A stretch of 25,887 nucleotides of DNA from a virus. Taxonomy: Duplodnaviria; Caudoviricetes. The notes under the pieces are model-generated. The model ran no database searches. It was given only the letters and a program-made list of their open reading frames with translations, and had not been told where the DNA came from. The stretch covers positions 1 to 25,887 of IMG/VR virus record IMGVR_UViG_3300009179_000013. One strand, 5' to 3'. Below, in pieces: positions 17,374-25,609 of the stretch. Numbering within the stretch: the first letter of the stretch is position 1; the number at the start of each line of letters is the position of its first letter. The translations under genes and the position numbers were made by a program.

Positions 17374-17781
17374 CTACCCCTGAACGTGACGAACCCTAAC
17401 CGTCTCCTCGCCGGGAATGGCCGGTTTAGTCAGGGTGATCGTTGCTAGTTGCTTCTCAGGCAAGACCTTGCGGGCCGCTGTAACAGAGACGCTTATCGCC
17501 CCGTAGAACTCGCCATCGTTCTCGACCAGCTTGCGAAACGCTTTCGGATCGATGAGGTTGGTCGCGCGTCCTGCTGGACGGTAGACCTCGGCCACCAAGT
17601 TATCGCATGTGTGTTCAGAAAGCTTCATCGCGTGCATCAACGCGTAAAGCTCGCTTGTTGCAGTCTTGACCTTCGCGGTGAGCCTTGCTATCTCATCGCT
17701 ATTTTCTGAAATCGATTTCATCAACGACTCGACTTGAACAGTCGAGGTAGACGGACGATCCCTGCGGATACGCGTTGCCAT
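17374..17781 (-). CDS. hypothetical protein (coiled N-terminal half)
   Basis: Strong SD AAGGAG and a predicted promoter of its own. Confidence 0.75.
   Translation of the reverse strand: MATRIRRDRPSTSTVQVESLMKSISENSDEIARLTAKVKTATSELYALMHAMKLSEHTCDNLVAEVYRPAGRATNLIDPKAFRKLVENDGEFYGAISVSVTAARKVLPEKQLATITLTKPAIPGEETVRVRHVQG
17707..17720. repeat. 14-bp palindrome copy 7
   Basis: Perfect; inside the 135-aa gene. Confidence 0.9.
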
Positions 17782-17804
17782 GAATTTCTCCTTTGAATGA
17801 GGGC

Positions 17805-17833
17805 ATTCTACGGCCCTCAGTTACGCAAATCAA
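17805..17833 (-). promoter_or_regulatory. sigma70-like promoter with the -10 box inside an inverted repeat
   Basis: TTGATT (17833-17828), N17, TAGAAT (17810-17805); the -10 is flanked by TGAGGGC/GCCCTCA. Confidence 0.65.
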
Positions 17834-20487
17834 CCAACAGAACGCGTGTACAAGCCATGCACCAAACGTCCGTTGTTAGGCGGAACCCGCTGCTCCGGGA
17901 CCGGCAGTGACTTAGACGGGTCTTCGGCCCAGAGCTTTTCGAAATCGTAAGCCCCGACCTCTACCTCACCGTCCTGCCCGATGTCGAACTCCCCCATTTC
18001 GAAAATCTCGCTGAGGTTCACACCAAAGCCAACGTCCGCCACAATCGGAATCTTCATCTCACGATTGAACCATTCCTTGAGCGGGTTGGACTCCATATAC
18101 CACCGCAACGTCTTAGCGCCCCACTCAAGGTACTGCATGGGTACGTACGCATAGATCGCGTCGTGTACGAACCCAACCAGCGATAGGTAGCGAGGGTCTA
18201 CCTCCTCGTTCATCCGCCCGCATGCCATGACCCCCAAGCTCGACCCGAACTCCTGTACAGGGGAGTTGATGGCCTGCCGCTCCGCTTCCGACTGTACTCC
18301 CTCATCCTGCGAGTCGATCATCGGTAGGTGACGCACCCGCCCGGAGTACGAACGCACGAACTTGTGCTTCCTCGCGAACTCACGCATCATCGCGTGCCAA
18401 CGCGGCAACTGCCGATACGTCTCAAAGAACGCCACGCGGATGCGCTGCGCTTCCTTCTCGGAGAACTCTACCCCGTATTGCGTCTTGGCGTAGGCGATGA
18501 ACTTGCGCCAGCCCATGCCGTACAGGAAGCCGAAGTTAACCGCCTTCGCTTTCGTACGTGCGTCCTTCTGTGCCTTCTTGTCCAACTCCTTGAACTTCTC
18601 CATCGTCACGCCCATGACGATGAGTGCGGTAGCGGTGTGGATATCGCCCTTGTTCCGATAGATGCCGATCATCGTAGGGTCGTTCGCCATGTCCCCGGCA
18701 ATCCGCAACTCAGCCTGCGACAAGTCGGCTTCCAACACGAAGTAGCCCGGAGGAGCCACAAATAGCTTTCGGTACGCCGACGCTATCGGCCCCCGCTTGG
18801 GGAAGTTCTGCCCGTTCGGGTCCTCAGACGAAGTGCGTCCGGTGACGGCAACGTGGAGGTTGTATACGGGGCGAACCATCCCCTCCACGATGTACTTCTT
18901 CTTGAAGCCTTTGACGTTGGTGCCAAGGATACGGTCTGACTTGATGTACTCCGCGAGTTCGTAAGTGAACGGACAGCTATCGTAGAAGTAGGGAAGATGA
19001 TCCTTGGTGGAAGTCGAGGGTACACGACGATTGCCGTCCAGCTTGGCGGTAGTCTTCGTAAACACTTTGGGTTTAAGGCAGAAACCATCTTCGTGGTAGA
19101 AGAGGATGTCCCGCAGGAAGTCTGGCCGGGAAAACTCCAGCCCTTTCTCTACGTGCTTGCGCTTGATGGCCTTCGGTACCTGCCGCAGCAAGCTGGCTTT
19201 CATCTCGCCCACCCGCTGCTCCATGAATGCCTCAAACGAGGCAACCTCGTTCTCGTCAATGTTCAGACCGCGCAACTCGACCGACGCGAACGCGTTCAGT
19301 CCGGGGAGCGTGACCTTCTCATAGTGCGTAAGTAGTTTTCTGTCAGCTTTGACCATGCCGTACAGTACTTCCTCAAGGCGTATGGTCGCATCGGCATCCC
19401 CGCAGCCGTAGGCGAGAAACTTCGCGTCTAGAGGAAGATCGATCATGCGGCTCTTGTCCACGCTACTGTTGAACTCATCCGCATACCCCGCCATGTCCGG
19501 GACGTACCGCTTGACCAGATCGTCTAGGTTCTTCGTGTACGAGTTCTCATCCAGCAACGTCGCAAGCAACAACGTGTCGCCACCAATCGGATAGCGAATG
19601 CCTGTCTGCGCGTAGGTGTACACCGCGTCGTACTTCGCGTTCTGCCCGACGACAATCGTGTCCGGGTTGCAAAGCAGCTTGGCTAACTGCCTACGCAGCC
19701 TGCTTTTCGCGCGAGCCGACTGTGGCCGGTCCGGGTGATCCCAAGGCAGCATGTACGCCTTCCCCGGCTCCACGCTGAACTGCATCGTCAGAATCTTCGC
19801 GTCCGGAGCGAACCAACGAAGTCCGGTGTTCTCCGTATCGTAAGCGATGCGGTCAGGTCTCTTATCGATAAGGAACTGCAAGTCATCGATAAACTCGTAC
19901 TCCCCCATGGCGGAACTGGCAGAGTCTTGGATGTTGTAGTCGTTGTCTGCCAAGCGCCCAAGAGTAGAGCAGTCCGCCCGGAACACAGATGTATGTTGCG
20001 GGTAGATCGAAACCATGACAGGGTTGAGCATCGGAAGGACAACCGTCCGCCCGAACTCCTCAGTACGCGTAGGCATACCGCGAACCTTGGTGATCTTCAC
20101 CGCCCGCCCGAATACCTGCTTCGACGCTTCGACGCCGAGAGGGATCACGACCTTGGGCTTGTGCTTTCGAATGGCGTCAACAAGGTAGGGACGACAGCAT
20201 TTTGCTATCTTGCTCTTCTCTTTCGTGGTGTACTCGTCCGGGTTGTAGGGACAGCGAACCTGCGGGTGGTAAGCAAAGTCCTCCTTTACAAACCCCTCCG
20301 ACTGCATCGCCTTAGAAAGCAGACAGACCGATGCGTTGGAGAGATACCGCCCCCACGCTTCCGGTCTCCAGTTCGGCGCGTCGGTGACAACCACGAACGA
20401 CGCATCTGATCGCCCCTGCATACCAAAGATATCAGACTTGCCGCGAAGCGGGCATTCTGCGCAAGAGGGACCGTAACCGCTAGACAT
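17830..20487 (-). CDS. polA: family A DNA polymerase with N-terminal uracil-DNA glycosylase-like domain and 3'-5' exonuclease
   Basis: UDG family 4-like Cys pattern (CAECPL, VRCP, CCRPYL); Exo I YDTENTG and QNAKYD; TGRTSS..PN.QN; motif A ADLSQAELR; motif B KAKAVNFGFLYG; motif C FVHDA. Start probably 20487. Confidence 0.93.
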   Translation of the reverse strand: MSSGYGPSCAECPLRGKSDIFGMQGRSDASFVVVTDAPNWRPEAWGRYLSNASVCLLSKAMQSEGFVKEDFAYHPQVRCPYNPDEYTTKEKSKIAKCCRPYLVDAIRKHKPKVVIPLGVEASKQVFGRAVKITKVRGMPTRTEEFGRTVVLPMLNPVMVSIYPQHTSVFRADCSTLGRLADNDYNIQDSASSAMGEYEFIDDLQFLIDKRPDRIAYDTENTGLRWFAPDAKILTMQFSVEPGKAYMLPWDHPDRPQSARAKSRLRRQLAKLLCNPDTIVVGQNAKYDAVYTYAQTGIRYPIGGDTLLLATLLDENSYTKNLDDLVKRYVPDMAGYADEFNSSVDKSRMIDLPLDAKFLAYGCGDADATIRLEEVLYGMVKADRKLLTHYEKVTLPGLNAFASVELRGLNIDENEVASFEAFMEQRVGEMKASLLRQVPKAIKRKHVEKGLEFSRPDFLRDILFYHEDGFCLKPKVFTKTTAKLDGNRRVPSTSTKDHLPYFYDSCPFTYELAEYIKSDRILGTNVKGFKKKYIVEGMVRPVYNLHVAVTGRTSSEDPNGQNFPKRGPIASAYRKLFVAPPGYFVLEADLSQAELRIAGDMANDPTMIGIYRNKGDIHTATALIVMGVTMEKFKELDKKAQKDARTKAKAVNFGFLYGMGWRKFIAYAKTQYGVEFSEKEAQRIRVAFFETYRQLPRWHAMMREFARKHKFVRSYSGRVRHLPMIDSQDEGVQSEAERQAINSPVQEFGSSLGVMACGRMNEEVDPRYLSLVGFVHDAIYAYVPMQYLEWGAKTLRWYMESNPLKEWFNREMKIPIVADVGFGVNLSEIFEMGEFDIGQDGEVEVGAYDFEKLWAEDPSKSLPVPEQRVPPNNGRLVHGLYTRSVG

Positions 20488-20851
20488 CCTTTTTCTCCGA
20501 TAGCTCAAGCCAGAATATCTGCTTACGCAGATCGTAGTACCGCTCCGTCCATTTCGGATTGCCGTGCCGCTGCCCTTGATCCCGGATACAGCATACGTAG
20601 ACCGTACATTCCGGTCGAAGGTGCGGCGGAACTACACAACCTGTAGGGGTCATGAAGGGTAGTCTAGCGTCCTGCCCCGTATCCTCAAGCGTCACGTTGT
20701 ACCGTTCCTTGGCGAATCTCCGCGCCCGCTCACAGTACTCAGGCTGACAACAAGTCTTGACGTTGCAATACTTGTTGCAGTCCTTGATGGTGTGCTTTTG
20801 CATCTTGTCGTAAAGGACTACAAGCTCCGGTGTCGGTGAAATCGATTTCAT
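20480..20851 (-). CDS. Cys-rich putative metal/Fe-S protein (YkgJ/CxxCxxCC-like)
   Basis: CNKYCNVKTCC...C...LPFMTPTGC...RPECTVYVCC. Confidence 0.65.
   Translation of the reverse strand: MKSISPTPELVVLYDKMQKHTIKDCNKYCNVKTCCQPEYCERARRFAKERYNVTLEDTGQDARLPFMTPTGCVVPPHLRPECTVYVCCIRDQGQRHGNPKWTERYYDLRKQIFWLELSEKKDV
20837..20850. repeat. 14-bp palindrome copy 8
   Basis: Perfect; at the junction of the dnaB stop and the next start. Confidence 0.9.
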
Positions 20852-22107
20852 GATTCAACGAGCATCCAGTCCGGGTTCCCCGGCTCAGCCTGCCGATTCT
20901 CTTCCTTTTCGATGTACGAGAAGTCCATCGGAGCAAACCGATAGTTGACCTCGTAGATGCCGCCCTCCCCCTCACGACCTTTCATGATTTCAATCTCACG
21001 ACGAGTCCGCTGGTGTGGGTTGGTCCCCTCCTTGATACCGAACACCAACGACGCGTGCATCGCAATAGCGTCTGAGAAAGAGACCGACTCCAGCGTACCG
21101 GCCTTACCGCGCTGCCCTGCCTGCCGGTTGAACTGAGAAGTAGTGATCATCGGACGGTCCGATGTGATCGTCAGCTTCTTCAAGTCATCGTAGGCCAGAG
21201 CAACCCGCTCTAGACGGCCCGCGCTGCGGCTTGCGCTGTCTGGCTGCATTCGATACGCGCTATCGACGTACACAATGTCCGGGGCAAGCTCATGGATCAG
21301 TACGTCGAGGTCGGAGACCTTCTTTGAGAAGGAACCAGCGTAGATGTGGAAACGGTCAAAGTTGCGAAGCGTTTGGATGTACCGCTGTAGATGGCGCGTG
21401 CGCCACGGATCAAGTGCGCCTTTGCGAATGTGGTCCGGGTTGATCCCCACATCCATACCAATCGCCCGCCGCGCAATCTGCTCGACCGTCATCTCCATGG
21501 TTACGAACAGAACGTTGTAGCCTGCCTTCCACGCGTTTAGCGCCTGCGCCAACAAAAGGTAGGTCTTGCCTATCCCCATCCTCGCGATCCATGCAACCAG
21601 ATCGCCGCGCTGGTACCCGCCCGTCGCCTCGTCAATGTGCGCCCAGCCTGTAGGTATCCCCGACAGGCCGGGGTTCATGTGCGCTTCGTTGTACTGCTGC
21701 AAGACTAAATCGGCAGCTTCCCGTACGTTACGGAGGTCGTTGTCCGGTGTACTAACCCGACAGGACGACTTCATCCTGTCGATGACTTCCTTAGCTTGCT
21801 CGACATTGAAGCCCTGCAACGCATCCCGCAGACGACCGAAGTCATCCCGCAAGGCGACAAAGAGCCGCCTGTCGTGAAGACGCTTCAGGTAGTAGTCAAC
21901 GGACTCCGGTGCGGAGGGTAGACGCTCGCGCGTCTCTTGTTCTACGGTACGGGCATTCGGCAGTTCTCCATAGCGACGAAAGTGGGTCTTGACGAAACGA
22001 AATACCGCTAGCTCCTCATCCTCAAAAAGGTCATCCGACACTATGCGGAGTGTTTCTACGCTCCCCGCGCCCAAAATCGCAGCAACAAGCTTCTTTCCAT
22101 CGCTCAT
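20848..22107 (-). CDS. dnaB: DnaB-like replicative helicase
   Basis: GIPTGW..ID..TGGYQRGDL, Walker A ARMGIGKT, TMEM, VYVDSAY, SQFNR, MKGREG. Confidence 0.92.
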   Translation of the reverse strand: MSDGKKLVAAILGAGSVETLRIVSDDLFEDEELAVFRFVKTHFRRYGELPNARTVEQETRERLPSAPESVDYYLKRLHDRRLFVALRDDFGRLRDALQGFNVEQAKEVIDRMKSSCRVSTPDNDLRNVREAADLVLQQYNEAHMNPGLSGIPTGWAHIDEATGGYQRGDLVAWIARMGIGKTYLLLAQALNAWKAGYNVLFVTMEMTVEQIARRAIGMDVGINPDHIRKGALDPWRTRHLQRYIQTLRNFDRFHIYAGSFSKKVSDLDVLIHELAPDIVYVDSAYRMQPDSASRSAGRLERVALAYDDLKKLTITSDRPMITTSQFNRQAGQRGKAGTLESVSFSDAIAMHASLVFGIKEGTNPHQRTRREIEIMKGREGEGGIYEVNYRFAPMDFSYIEKEENRQAEPGNPDWMLVES

Positions 22108-22112
22108 TTACG

Positions 22113-22673
22113 CTACACCGCGTATGTGTACACATTTTCGTTAAGGAACCCAAGAAACGATACCGGCCACCAAGGCGCACACCGATCTAACGGAGAGTCC
22201 GACAAGAGGGATACTGCGTTCCCTTCCTCAAAGCGCTGACGAACCCACGTACGTACCTTAGCAGCATCAGAAGGCGTCAACGGAGACGGTGCGCCTTCCT
22301 CGTAGAAGTCCAACAAGAAAACAACACGTACCTTGTCAATACTCGCTGCATCACCAAAGTAATCTTCAGAATTCAAAAGCTCGACCAACCGAGTGAGCGA
22401 GACGCAGAAGACGGTCGTCCCGGTCAAGAACATCTCCTTGGCTACGAGGTAGAACAGCTTTCTGGCTCGCGTAGTGTTGGCCTTTGCCTTGGGATAGACG
22501 TAGACGCCCTTCGCCGCCCCCTTGCGAAGCAGGGACCGGCTAACAATCAACTCGCGAAGGTCAGAGGCGTTCTCTAACACCAAGGTCGTGTAGAAGGTCG
22601 CCTCTGGTACCCCAGACGATTTCAATCCTGTCCGGATTTCTTCATCTTTGGTTAGCGTCATTGTCATTTCCAT
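22113..22673 (-). CDS. DnaC/IstB-like helicase loader homolog, apparently catalytically degenerate
   Basis: Lies between initiator and DnaB; SGVPE N-terminal motif and AAA+-like layout, but no GxGKT and Walker B reads VFLLDFYEE. Confidence 0.55.
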   Translation of the reverse strand: MEMTMTLTKDEEIRTGLKSSGVPEATFYTTLVLENASDLRELIVSRSLLRKGAAKGVYVYPKAKANTTRARKLFYLVAKEMFLTGTTVFCVSLTRLVELLNSEDYFGDAASIDKVRVVFLLDFYEEGAPSPLTPSDAAKVRTWVRQRFEEGNAVSLLSDSPLDRCAPWWPVSFLGFLNENVYTYAV

Positions 22674-23824
22674 TTCGGAATATCGTGGCTCCCGTCATTG
22701 TAGTTCTTTTCAGCTACCCGACGGCGCTCAGACAACGACATCCTCGGCTTTGTATCGGGGATCGGCGCAGAGGCTAGCTGCTCCGCGCGTGCAAGCTGCT
22801 TCCGCAAACGCGCTACTTCCTCACGCGTCTTTGCAATCTCCGACGCCTGCGTCAGTACCTTGTCTTCCAGTGCGTCAACCTCGGTGCGCTTGAGCTTGCC
22901 TGCATTCACGACCTCAGCCATGCGCGAGTCGGAAAACGACTGAGCGAATATCTTCCAGAACCGCATCAACTCCAACAGCGATGGAGAGACGGCAACGTCC
23001 TTGCCTTTGGCGCGAAGCCATTTGAACTTGGTTTCACGAAGGGAATTCCAAGAGGCAACGGTGTAGTCGAAGAACTCCGACAGGTTAGCTGCGGATAGGA
23101 TCGGTGCGATCCTCAACTTGAACAGCGCGAACTCCTTCGACGTAAACATGACCGGGGGTACCTTGGGGTAGTGCTTGAGCATCGACGCCGCCCACGTTGC
23201 CTTGACGCCTGCCAGCGTTAGCTGCGCCCCCGGCTTGGTCGCCTTCGCGACCTTCTCCGTACGCTTGCGCACGATGCGCTTCGTCGTGTGTTCTATCGCA
23301 TCAGAAATCGAATCGAAACTCTGCGCGGGAACGCGCTGATTCCTATTAGGAATCAATTTCTTATCATTAGTACTTATAGTATTACTCCGTACTTTTTCTG
23401 GTACCCCCTCCCCCCGTACCGTATTTTTTACGGTACCCCCTTTTCGGTCATATCGTGGTGTTTTCAACGCGGGCATGGACGCTCCCAGAGGGCCTTTGAA
23501 ATCGATTTCAAACTGGTTTGTCGCGAGGACTTTGCTCACGCGACTGCGCCTCACCTTGATGAAGCAGTGAACCTCAAGCTCTTCGATGTACTTGGTAAGG
23601 CTCCGGTCTGATACCCGGAGTTCGCTACAGAGGAACTGGTAGCTGAGTTCGGTCCTGCCCTCCCGGCTGAACCGAAGGATTTGACGAAGCAAGACTACGG
23701 CCTGTGCAGAGACGAACTGATGCGCTACAGCATCGATCTTCTCGCTAAGCTGCTCGGTAGAGATTGGGACAAAGGATAGCTCGCGCTGCGCCCGTACAGC
23801 GCATAGGGATACTACGTTGCTCAT
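22664..23824 (-). CDS. replication initiator protein (N-terminal wHTH)
   Basis: LSYQFLCSELRVSDRSLTKYIEELEVHCFI...TNQF wHTH, then a low-complexity linker carrying DNA repeats as in lambda O-type genes. Confidence 0.7.
   Translation of the reverse strand: MSNVVSLCAVRAQRELSFVPISTEQLSEKIDAVAHQFVSAQAVVLLRQILRFSREGRTELSYQFLCSELRVSDRSLTKYIEELEVHCFIKVRRSRVSKVLATNQFEIDFKGPLGASMPALKTPRYDRKGGTVKNTVRGEGVPEKVRSNTISTNDKKLIPNRNQRVPAQSFDSISDAIEHTTKRIVRKRTEKVAKATKPGAQLTLAGVKATWAASMLKHYPKVPPVMFTSKEFALFKLRIAPILSAANLSEFFDYTVASWNSLRETKFKWLRAKGKDVAVSPSLLELMRFWKIFAQSFSDSRMAEVVNAGKLKRTEVDALEDKVLTQASEIAKTREEVARLRKQLARAEQLASAPIPDTKPRMSLSERRRVAEKNYNDGSHDIPKWK
23337..23441. other. putative replication origin inside the initiator gene
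   Basis: AT-rich tract about 23340-23400; palindrome TGATTCCTA-T-TAGGAATCA (23337-23355); 23-bp direct repeats at 23387-23409 and 23419-23441 (20/23 identical, 32-bp period). Confidence 0.65.
23497..23510. repeat. 14-bp palindrome copy 9
   Basis: Perfect, extends to 18 bp (23495-23512); about 55 bp from the putative origin repeats. Confidence 0.9.
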
Positions 23825-23825
23825 G

Positions 23826-23854
23826 TTGACGCCCTATGAGGACTGCGATAGTAT
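23826..23854 (+). promoter_or_regulatory. antisense sigma70 promoter
   Basis: TTGACG (23826-23831), N17, TAGTAT (23849-23854). Confidence 0.7.
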
Positions 23855-23860
23855 CTCTAC

Positions 23861-23964
23861 CGCAGTGTCTTGCCATGGGTACTGCCCCAGCGGGTCTGAC
23901 TCCCCCGCTCGGTCTCCTCGTTGTACCTTGCCCCCCGGTTTGCGACAGACCGGGGGGTTTTTTT
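23861..23964 (+). ncRNA. predicted antisense small RNA of about 100 nt with three hairpins
   Basis: Bounded by the plus-strand promoter and plus-strand terminator; stems 23862-23885, 23889-23909, 23931-23957. Confidence 0.6.
23931..23964 (+). terminator. intrinsic terminator on the plus (antisense) strand
   Basis: CCCCCCGGTTTG-cga-CAGACCGGGGGG followed by T7; the minus strand has no U-tract after the stem. Confidence 0.85.
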
Positions 23965-24295
23965 ATGCCTTGTCTCGCATGAAGACTGCTTCCTGTAGCA
24001 ACTCGTTCGAACAGGGATGAAACCCTGTGCGTAGGGAGCAGTTCAACATCTCTACTTCGAACTCACGGGCGTCTTCGTAAGTCTTGAAGTAGCTATACGG
24101 CTCAGCCGGGGTTACGAACCCAGCGAAGTCGTCCGTATTGTGGTACCACCAAATCCCCCATGTTTGGCTATCTTCGTCCCATCGAATGTCACTTGCCCGT
24201 TCGATGCGCTGCCTGCCGAGAAAGCCCAGAGAGAAGCGGTCGTTATGTGCGGACCTGACTTCCCCCTCCGGGCTTACAGAAACAACCAACTCCAT
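23963..24295 (-). CDS. hypothetical protein associated with the DUF2997/DUF1257 cluster
   Basis: 110-aa ORF with an IERASDIRWD motif, in operon context. Confidence 0.7.
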   Translation of the reverse strand: MELVVSVSPEGEVRSAHNDRFSLGFLGRQRIERASDIRWDEDSQTWGIWWYHNTDDFAGFVTPAEPYSYFKTYEDAREFEVEMLNCSLRTGFHPCSNELLQEAVFMRDKA

Positions 24296-24303
24296 ACCAC
24301 CCC

Positions 24304-24510
24304 CTAGAACGTTAGTTTCTGACCTGTCTTGGTAGACGGGGAAGCGAAGAACTCAGGCTTTTTCTTTTTCTTCCTACTCCCGGCCCCGCCTAGCACAATC
24401 TCAATCTGCTCGGTTGCCTTGGCGCAATCCTGCCCGACAAAGCACTTGGCATCGATCTTGACACTACCCGCCGGGGTAATGTCGATGATGATCTGTTTCT
24501 GTGCCATCAT
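24304..24510 (-). CDS. DUF2997-like protein
   Basis: IIIDITPAGSVKIDAKCFVGQDCAKATEQIE..LG...KPEFF. Confidence 0.75.
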   Translation of the reverse strand: MMAQKQIIIDITPAGSVKIDAKCFVGQDCAKATEQIEIVLGGAGSRKKKKKPEFFASPSTKTGQKLTF

Positions 24511-24514
24511 GGCC

Positions 24515-24955
24515 TCACGTGTTGATAATCAACTGAACCGACCCATCCGCACGCGAAATCTTGCGGACGGTGTATCCCTGACGCGCGGCTTGCCGCGTTG
24601 TTGCTGCGACCGCATAGGCTTGATAAAGCTTGCCCAGCGCCGCCTGTTCCGGCTTTTCGTCAACCCCCGCCTTCACCCCAAGAACCTTACTGACATGCCC
24701 AAGGAAGAGGTCAGTACGCGCAACCATCCCCTTCAGCTTCGTGTCGTAGTAGAAGCCGACATCGTACGGTGAGTCTTGGAGTTCTAGAACGTAGTCAGCA
24801 AGCCCCATGCCTTGCTGGTTCGCGTAGTACGCTCGCGGTACTGCTTTCTCCTTAAGCGTACATTTGACACCCGCCTTTTGTAGTTCTTGTACAGCTAGCT
24901 TGAGAGCGGCAACATCGCTAAAGACAATGCTGTTAATCTCAGTTGTGTGGCTCAT
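24515..24955 (-). CDS. DUF1257-like protein
   Basis: MSHTTEI...DVAALKLAVQEL...YDVGF...LYQAYA...QGY...DGSVQL. Confidence 0.75.
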   Translation of the reverse strand: MSHTTEINSIVFSDVAALKLAVQELQKAGVKCTLKEKAVPRAYYANQQGMGLADYVLELQDSPYDVGFYYDTKLKGMVARTDLFLGHVSKVLGVKAGVDEKPEQAALGKLYQAYAVAATTRQAARQGYTVRKISRADGSVQLIINT

Positions 24956-24969
24956 CGACTACTCCTACC

Positions 24970-24998
24970 AGTTTAAGGGATAACAAATTCTTTGTCAA
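24970..24998 (-). promoter_or_regulatory. sigma70-like promoter
   Basis: TTGACA (24998-24993), N17, TAAACT (24975-24970). Confidence 0.65.
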
Positions 24999-24999
24999 G

Positions 25000-25608
25000 T
25001 CAACGCCGAATGCTGATCTTACGCCTCGGTCGTTGCTTCACTAGGACAACTTCTCCATCGGGAGCCTCGACAGCCTCAAACGTAGGCTTGCCTTCGGTCT
25101 CCGGTGCGATGACCTGAATCGTAAAGCATTCAGATACCTCTTCGTCATCGGTGTAAGCCGTCAGCCAATTCTTGTAAGGCTTTATGCCGTGTTGCTCCAG
25201 ATCGGAGGCCCGGAGGATGTCCCCCCTCCCTTGGAAGGCTAGAAAGCTTCCTGTGAGGGTTGCTTCCTGCGCCGCAGAGAGGGTAGCCTGTACCGCAAGC
25301 ATCGGACCCGTCGTCCGTAGGCAGATGAACAACGCCCCGTCCCGAAGCGGGGTCGCGCGGTAGCGATGCGAGGCTTGCAGCATGATGACCGTGCCGTCCG
25401 GTATCCCGCCGACCGAATCCAGATACATGAACCCATTGATGTCCGGGTGCTGGCTGACAGGGAAGCGTTGCAACGCCCCCTGACGCTTGTACTTCTTGCT
25501 TGGCAACGTCCGGGTGAACTCAGGCTCAACGACGAACGCGGACAGGCTGGCCGAACTGGAAGAGAATGTCTCTTTCCCGAAACCGATAGAAACCAGTTGC
25601 TCTGACAT
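25000..25608 (-). CDS. hypothetical protein
   Basis: 202 aa, SD GGAGG, tightly packed between its neighbours. Confidence 0.75.
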   Translation of the reverse strand: MSEQLVSIGFGKETFSSSSASLSAFVVEPEFTRTLPSKKYKRQGALQRFPVSQHPDINGFMYLDSVGGIPDGTVIMLQASHRYRATPLRDGALFICLRTTGPMLAVQATLSAAQEATLTGSFLAFQGRGDILRASDLEQHGIKPYKNWLTAYTDDEEVSECFTIQVIAPETEGKPTFEAVEAPDGEVVLVKQRPRRKISIRR

Positions 25609-25609
25609 G

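Noticed and set aside
10842-22107. Inteins or introns in RecA, the helicases or the polymerase
   Set aside because: Protein lengths and motif spacing are normal; no splicing motifs or homing endonuclease seen.
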